From: Octopus sinensis | Taxonomy: Eukaryota | NCBI RefSeq assembly: GCF_006345805.1 | Contig: NW_021825810.1 | Span: forward strand, 1-14,643 | Length of the DNA stretch: 14,643 bases | Direction of reading: 5' to 3' | Shown: one piece after another, positions 9,838 to 14,643 of the stretch | How the letters are laid out: each line of letters begins with the position of its first letter | Position numbering within the stretch: position 1 is the first letter of the stretch | Made by a program: the position numbers and the translations under genes | The notes under the pieces: generated by a model | Database searches by the model: none | Told to the model about the DNA's origin: nothing | What the model saw: only the letters and a program-made list of their open reading frames with translations

Positions 9838-9912
9838 AACAAAACTCCGACGACCGGGAACGTGAAACTGAGTAACAGTTTTTGTGATATATTTGTCGCT
9901 CTTTTAATATAA
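9838..9912 (+). mobile_element. Diverged copy of the hammerhead-bearing PLE-like repeat
   Basis: AACAAAACTCCGACGACCGGGAACGTGAAACTGAGTAACAGTTTTTGT...CTTTTAATATAA aligns to 10175-10252. Confidence 0.75.
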
Positions 9913-10117
9913 GTGTGTGTATGTGTGCGTGTGTGTGTGTTTACATACATACATACATGCATACATACATACATACATGCATGCATGCATAGTTAGATAA
10001 ATAGATAGATACACCGGAGTAAACACATAAATGTGAAACAAGCTGGAAAAAAGAGTACTCAAATACCAGGGGTAGAGTAATATGCTTTATTTAAAAGCAG
10101 CAGAAATTCAACAAAAC

Positions 10118-10155
10118 CTGTTACTCTGAGTTTCATGTTCCCGTTCGTCGGACAG
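10118..10155 (-). ncRNA. Hammerhead-like motif (minus-strand arm; stem II has a C-A mismatch)
   Basis: Minus strand reads CTGT-CCGACGA-ACG-GGAA-CAT-GAAA-CTCAGAG-TA-ACAG. Confidence 0.55.
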
Positions 10156-10171
10156 TTTTTAACAAAAACTT

Positions 10172-10231
10172 TTTAACAAAAATTGTCCGACGAACGGGAA
10201 CGTGAAACTCAGAGTAACAGGTTTTGTTGAA
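10172..10231 (+). ncRNA. Type I hammerhead ribozyme-like fold with variant core CCGACGA
   Basis: Stem I is TTGT(10183-86)/ACAG(10217-20) plus AACAAAA(10175-81)/TTTTGTT(10222-28). Core at 10187-93, stem II ACG-GGAA-CGT, GAAA at 10204-07, stem III ACTC-A-GAGT. Predicted cleavage after GUA at 10214-16. Confidence 0.65.
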
Positions 10232-10576
10232 TTTCTGCTGCTTTTAAATAAATAGATAGATAGAAAGATGCAAAAGACACGGCCCCTTCAGAGCGCACTG
10301 TTATCGATTGTTAGATGCTCGCATTTGAAAATAATTATCGTTTCATCCCCACCAAGTAGATTAAAGTTTAAGCTTGCAACTTAGAGCTGAAGACACTAGG
10401 TTTCTATTATAGATAACAAGCCCGGTAACCTTCTGACCGACAAAGTGTTGTAAATCCCTAACGGGATTCTCGAAGCGGCGTTTTAAGTGCTTAAATATTT
10501 CGGAGAGATATTAGAATTTGCTACGGCGATATACTTTTCAATGTTCTCCAACGGTTCTAACCAGGTATATAAATTT

Positions 10577-10649
10577 GTGTGTGTCTGTGTGTGTGTGTGT
10601 GTGTGTATGTGAGTGTGTGCGTGTAGAGATAGAGACAGATAGACAGATG

Positions 10650-10703
<54 letters not shown>

Positions 10704-10801
10704 AATATAGATAGATAGATAGATAGCTAGATTGATAGAAATATAGATCGATAGATAGACAGCTAGATCGATAGATAGATAGATCGATAGATAGATAGAT
10801 C

Positions 10802-10836
<35 letters not shown>

Positions 10837-10853
10837 CGATCGATCGATCGATC

Positions 10854-10921
<68 letters not shown>

Positions 10922-11090
10922 TATGGATACATACATACATACATACATACATATAAACATACATAGGCAGACAGATAGATAAATACATAGATACATAGAT
11001 ACATAGATAAATAGGTAGATAGATGGATACGTGCATATGTATGTATGTATTTATATATGTATGTAATGTATGTATGTATGTATGTATATT
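10577..11090. repeat. (TG)n + long (TAGA)n with (GATC)5 island + (TACA)n/(TATG)n
   Basis: Directly visible. Confidence 0.97.
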
Positions 11091-11267
11091 ATTCATAGTC
11101 CGCTAAGGAATTACAGAATGCCTGAAGTGTGTTAATAAGTGCTAATATTGGGTGTTTAGTATCGAAGTTTTAGTTCTCTTTTCTCTGGTATTCACTTGAC
11201 TTCTGCTTCTTGTGAGATCGATAACACAAGATGGAATGTACAGGAGTTGCTGGAACCGATGAAGTAT

Positions 11268-11327
11268 TCTGAAGGCGGTACTCCAGCATGGCCACAGTCC
11301 AATGATCGAGTTCAGTAAAAGAATAAA
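11268..11327 (+). mobile_element. Isolated 3' tail of SINE family 2 (or of its partner LINE)
   Basis: GAAGGCGGTACTCCAGCATGGCCACAGTCCAATGA...AGTAAAAGAATAAA matches the reverse complement of 4785-4834. Confidence 0.75.
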
Positions 11328-11699
11328 TACATATCTTAATAGATGGAAGCACATCGAGTAATAAACACACTAACAAAAATATGAAAGCTTATTACAGAAA
11401 TTTTATCGCAAATTTTATCCACTGAAGATAATAGCGGCTGTGGTAATGAGTTTGAATAAATTAACATAAAAAACGCTAAAGAACCATAAGAACAACAATA
11501 GTCAAATAAATAATCAAGCAATGATAAAAAGGAAAATGTTGCCAGTTCACCCAAAGTTCCATTCAGTTTGAAGAATTATTCCTTCTGTAGCTTTGATCAC
11601 CAGATAACTGAATGGCAAAATATAACTAAAAGAATATAAAACGAAAACCTCAAATGTCATTATATTTCTTAATTGAATATTGTGTATAAATGTCTGGCG

Positions 11700-11926
11700 T
11701 GTATGCGTAAATGTGGATATGTATGTAGGCAGGCGTATATCTATATGCTTTTCTATGTATGCATGCGTGTGTATATGTGTGAATACAAATACGTATGGAT
11801 ATATGTATACATGTATGTATGAGTATGAATACGCATATATGTGAATATATGTGTACGTAAGTATATATGCTTGTGCATATTTTATATTTATATATGTATG
11901 TTTGCAAATGTGCACGTGCATATATG

Positions 11927-11965
<39 letters not shown>

Positions 11966-12725
11966 ATGTGTATGCGTGTGTGTGCGTTTGTGTGTATGTG
12001 TGATTGTGTGATTGTGTGTATGCGCGTGTGAGTGTATTTGTGTGTATATGCATACATACGTAAGGGTATGTGTAAGTGTATGTATACATATATGTGTCTA
12101 TATCATTATATGTGTATACCTATACTACTCCAAATATATACACACAGATATACACGTGTGTGTGTGCATATATGTATTCATATGTATAAGGGTTTCTATA
12201 TGTGTATTTGATTCATACTATATGTATACATATGTGTGAGTGTGTGTGTGTGTGTGTGAGTGTGTGTGTGTGTGTGTAAGTGTATTGGCATTTTTATATG
12301 TATATATGTATAACCTTCTGTTCTTCTGCTTATATGATTCTTCTTAAATGTATATTTGTATAATAGTGTACATCTTTAATTGTAGACATACATACATACG
12401 TATATACACACACACACATATATATATATGTATATATATATGGATGCATGCATTATACATTCAAATATAGATACATATTATATATATATATATATATTAT
12501 ATATGTATATATATACAGATAGATTTATATGCATATTTGTCCAGCCCTTATTTGTATCTATTCATATATATGTGTATATATGCATCCGTATATATATATA
12601 TATATATACATACATGTACATATATATATATAAATACATATATATATATATTAATATATATATATATATACATATATACACACACATGTATATATACGCA
12701 CACACATACATTTGTACACACATAC
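11700..12725. repeat. Long degenerate (TG)/(TA)/(CA) purine-pyrimidine alternating tract
   Basis: Directly visible. Confidence 0.92.
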
Positions 12726-12727
12726 AT

Positions 12728-13250
12728 CTCTTGTGTGTCTGCGTATTGATTCCATTCTTCTCTCTCTCCTTTTGTCTTTCGCTTCCCCTCCCCCACCTCT
12801 CTCTCTCTCTCCCTCTCTTTTTCATATTTTCAAATTCTTATCTTCAGTTTCAATCACTCTCTTTTTCCCATAATTTTCTAATAGCTTCCATTTCACATTT
12901 CTCCAAAGCCGAGCAATCGGACTCTTTACTACCTCTTGCGCATTCATTTGTTGTATATCTGATTTTTATTACTTTTCATTTCCAATTTCGTTGCATCTCT
13001 CTCTTGATAACCCCCCCCCTCTCTCTCTCTCTCTCACTCTCTCTCTCTTTGTATTTGTCGTCTTTTGTTTCATTAAAACATATTTTTCCTTAAATCTACT
13101 CCCCCCCCACCCCCACTCGCCATCTCTCCAGTTCAGTTTCTCATTCTGATTACATTCGTCGCTCACTTTCTAAAGATGGAGAAATATATTACCTATACAC
13201 CACACATGCATGCATTGAGGGAGACAGAGAGAGAGAGAGAGAGAGAAAGG
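12728..13250. repeat. CT-rich polypyrimidine region with (CT)n and C runs, followed by (GA)n
   Basis: Directly visible. Confidence 0.85.
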
Positions 13251-13330
13251 AAGATACCTTGTCATTACGTTCGCCCACCGTTTTTCAAATCATCAATAAC
13301 GTTTTGTGCATTTATTTTTTTTTCCACATT

Positions 13331-13443
13331 TCCTTGTTTCATTCATTGGACCGCGTCCTTATTGGAGAACCGGTTTGAAGGGCTTTTATCGGAAAAATCG
13401 AACCCTGTACTTACTTTTTAAATCTTGTGCTTCTATCATTCTC
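13331..13443 (-). mobile_element. Old degraded 3' tail of SINE family 2
   Basis: CTTGTTTCATTCATTGGACCGCGTCC...TGGAGAACCG...AAATCGAACCC..TACTTA...TTCTATC aligns to 4791-4895 and 8396-8460. Confidence 0.65.
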
Positions 13444-13513
13444 TATTACTCAGTCACTGATGCAATATGCGTGCAAAAACACACGCGCATATACATTCGT
13501 AAAAACAGATATA

Positions 13514-13549
<36 letters not shown>

Positions 13550-13551
13550 TA

Positions 13552-13888
13552 GGTGTAGGAGTGGTTGTGTGGTAAGTAGCTTGCTTAACAACCACATGGT
13601 TCTGGCTTCAGTCCCACTGCGTGGCACCTTGGGCAAGTGTCTTCTACTATAGCGTCGAGCCGACCAAAGCCTTGTAAGTGGATTTGGTAGACGTAAACTG
13701 AAAAAAGAAGCCCGTTGTGTATATGTATATATATATATATATATTTGTGTGTATATGTTTGTGTCTGTGTTTGTCCTCCCAATATGGCTTGACAACCGAA
13801 GCTGGTGTTTTTACTTCCCCGTAACTTAGCGGTTCGGCAAAGTGACCGATAGAATAAGTCCTGGGGTCGATTTGCTGAAACAAAAGAG
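13552..13888 (+). mobile_element. SINE family 2, full extent with internal deletions in the tail
   Basis: GGTGTAGGAGTGGTTGTGTGGTAAG...GGCTTCAGTCCCACTGCGTGGCACCTTGGGCAAGTG..., reverse-complement match to 8375-8750. The 3' end has a 15-bp repeat ACAAAAGAGTATATA (13880-94, 13899-913). Confidence 0.93.
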
Positions 13889-13989
13889 TATATAAAAGAC
13901 AAAAGAGTATATATAAACATGTGTGTATCTGTATGTTTGCATGTTGTGTGTATCTGTGTGTGAATGTGTTTGTGTGTGTGTGTGTGTGT

Positions 13990-14326
13990 GTTCGTGCTCA
14001 AAATCTCTCGTGGAAGCGCCATCCAACCAAAATGCAAATATATGGGGAAACTACCACCTGTGTCATCTCTTGTGAAAGGTAGGAGAGTCCAGTTTGCTGG
14101 ACATTGTTGTAGAGCTGAAAACGAGGCAATTTCTACTCTTCCTCCTCTGGAAGCCACTACTCGCAATACCAGAGGGCGCCCACTCCCCTACCTGATGTAA
14201 TCTCCAGGGATACAGGCATCCAGCAACAGGAACTCCGTAATGCCATGATGGACCGTGAAGTCTGGCGTAGCATGGTAAATTCCATTGTCTCGACCACGGT
14301 CGAACAATGATGATGATGATGATGAT
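13990..14326 (+). mobile_element. 5'-truncated RTE-clade LINE: frameshifted C-terminus of the RT ORF plus (TGA)n tail
   Basis: Joining frames gives RAQNLSWKRHPTKMQIYG/KLPPVSSLVKGRRVQFAGHCCRAENEAISTL/LLWKP/TRGRPLPY/PDVISRDTGIQQQELRNAMMDREVWRSMVNSIVSTTVEQ*. This carries the RTE-type RRxxxxGHxxR, GRP and AxDRxxWR motifs. The stop at 14308 runs into (TGA)6. Confidence 0.88.
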
Positions 14327-14350
14327 GTGTTTGTGCGCGCGCATGTCAAA

Positions 14351-14517
14351 ACGGCTGGCTTTTCACACATTTTCCGTCTGAGACTACCATTTCGTTAGAA
14401 GGCATTGCTTGGCCCGAGGCTATATTAGAACGCACTGCACAGTGGAGTGTGATTGAACCTGAAACGATCTGGCTGTAAAACTAATTTCTTAACCACACAG
14501 CCATACCTACCTGCGCC
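14351..14517 (-). mobile_element. Old degraded 5' head of SINE family 2
   Basis: GGCTTTT...TTTCCGTCT...GGCCCGAGGCTATATTAGAA...GATTGAACCTGAAAC...CTTAACCACACAGCCA...CCTGCGCC aligns to 5015-5161 and 8612-8750. Confidence 0.78.
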
Positions 14518-14643
14518 TCATTAAAATTCTATTAGCTTCATTGGACATACTTATTGTTTCGCAAAAAACAGGGTCATATACACTATGATATAAATTTGAC
14601 ACAACGAGAATTTTACGCTAATATCAACAATTGCCCATAGAGG

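Larger units (their letters stand above)
10011..10252. mobile_element. Penelope-like terminal-repeat element with inverted duplication
   Basis: Island inside a (TAGA)n run. Arms 10086-10160 and 10178-10252 are 75-bp inverted repeats with 2 mismatches, and each carries a hammerhead-like motif. Confidence 0.7.

Noticed and set aside
467-13421. Numerous 60-220 aa ORFs rich in Y/I/V/C/M/H/T
   Set aside because: They are translations of stop-poor microsatellites and low-complexity tracts, with no protein-like composition.
13552-13620. tRNA-like A/B boxes
   Set aside because: No cloverleaf; this is a SINE head and not a tRNA gene.
13585-14166. 193-aa minus-strand ORF
   Set aside because: It is the antisense of the RTE fragment, a TG repeat and a SINE.
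1-14643. CRISPR array or prokaryotic operon-type system
   Set aside because: There is no repeat-spacer periodicity and no gene-dense structure; the sequence is eukaryotic repeat-rich DNA.

Overview
AT-rich, microsatellite-saturated eukaryotic non-coding DNA. The repeat families look like those of octopus/coleoid cephalopods, but that is recognition from memory and not a database result. There is no intact protein-coding gene, and almost all ORF-track entries are translations of (TA)n/(CA)n/(TAGA)n/(TATG)n repeats. The window holds many copies and fragments of at least two tRNA-derived SINE families, one with a perfect 15-bp TSD and several split or nested at an internal microsatellite linker. 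It also contains the 5' piece of a mariner transposase, the 3' end of an RTE-clade LINE and two MITE-like foldback elements. The most notable signal is four hammerhead-ribozyme-like motifs of the Penelope/retrozyme type: two form the arms of a near-perfect 75-bp inverted repeat, and three carry a non-canonical CCGACGA core. A few small candidate exons with good splice sites may belong to a host gene.
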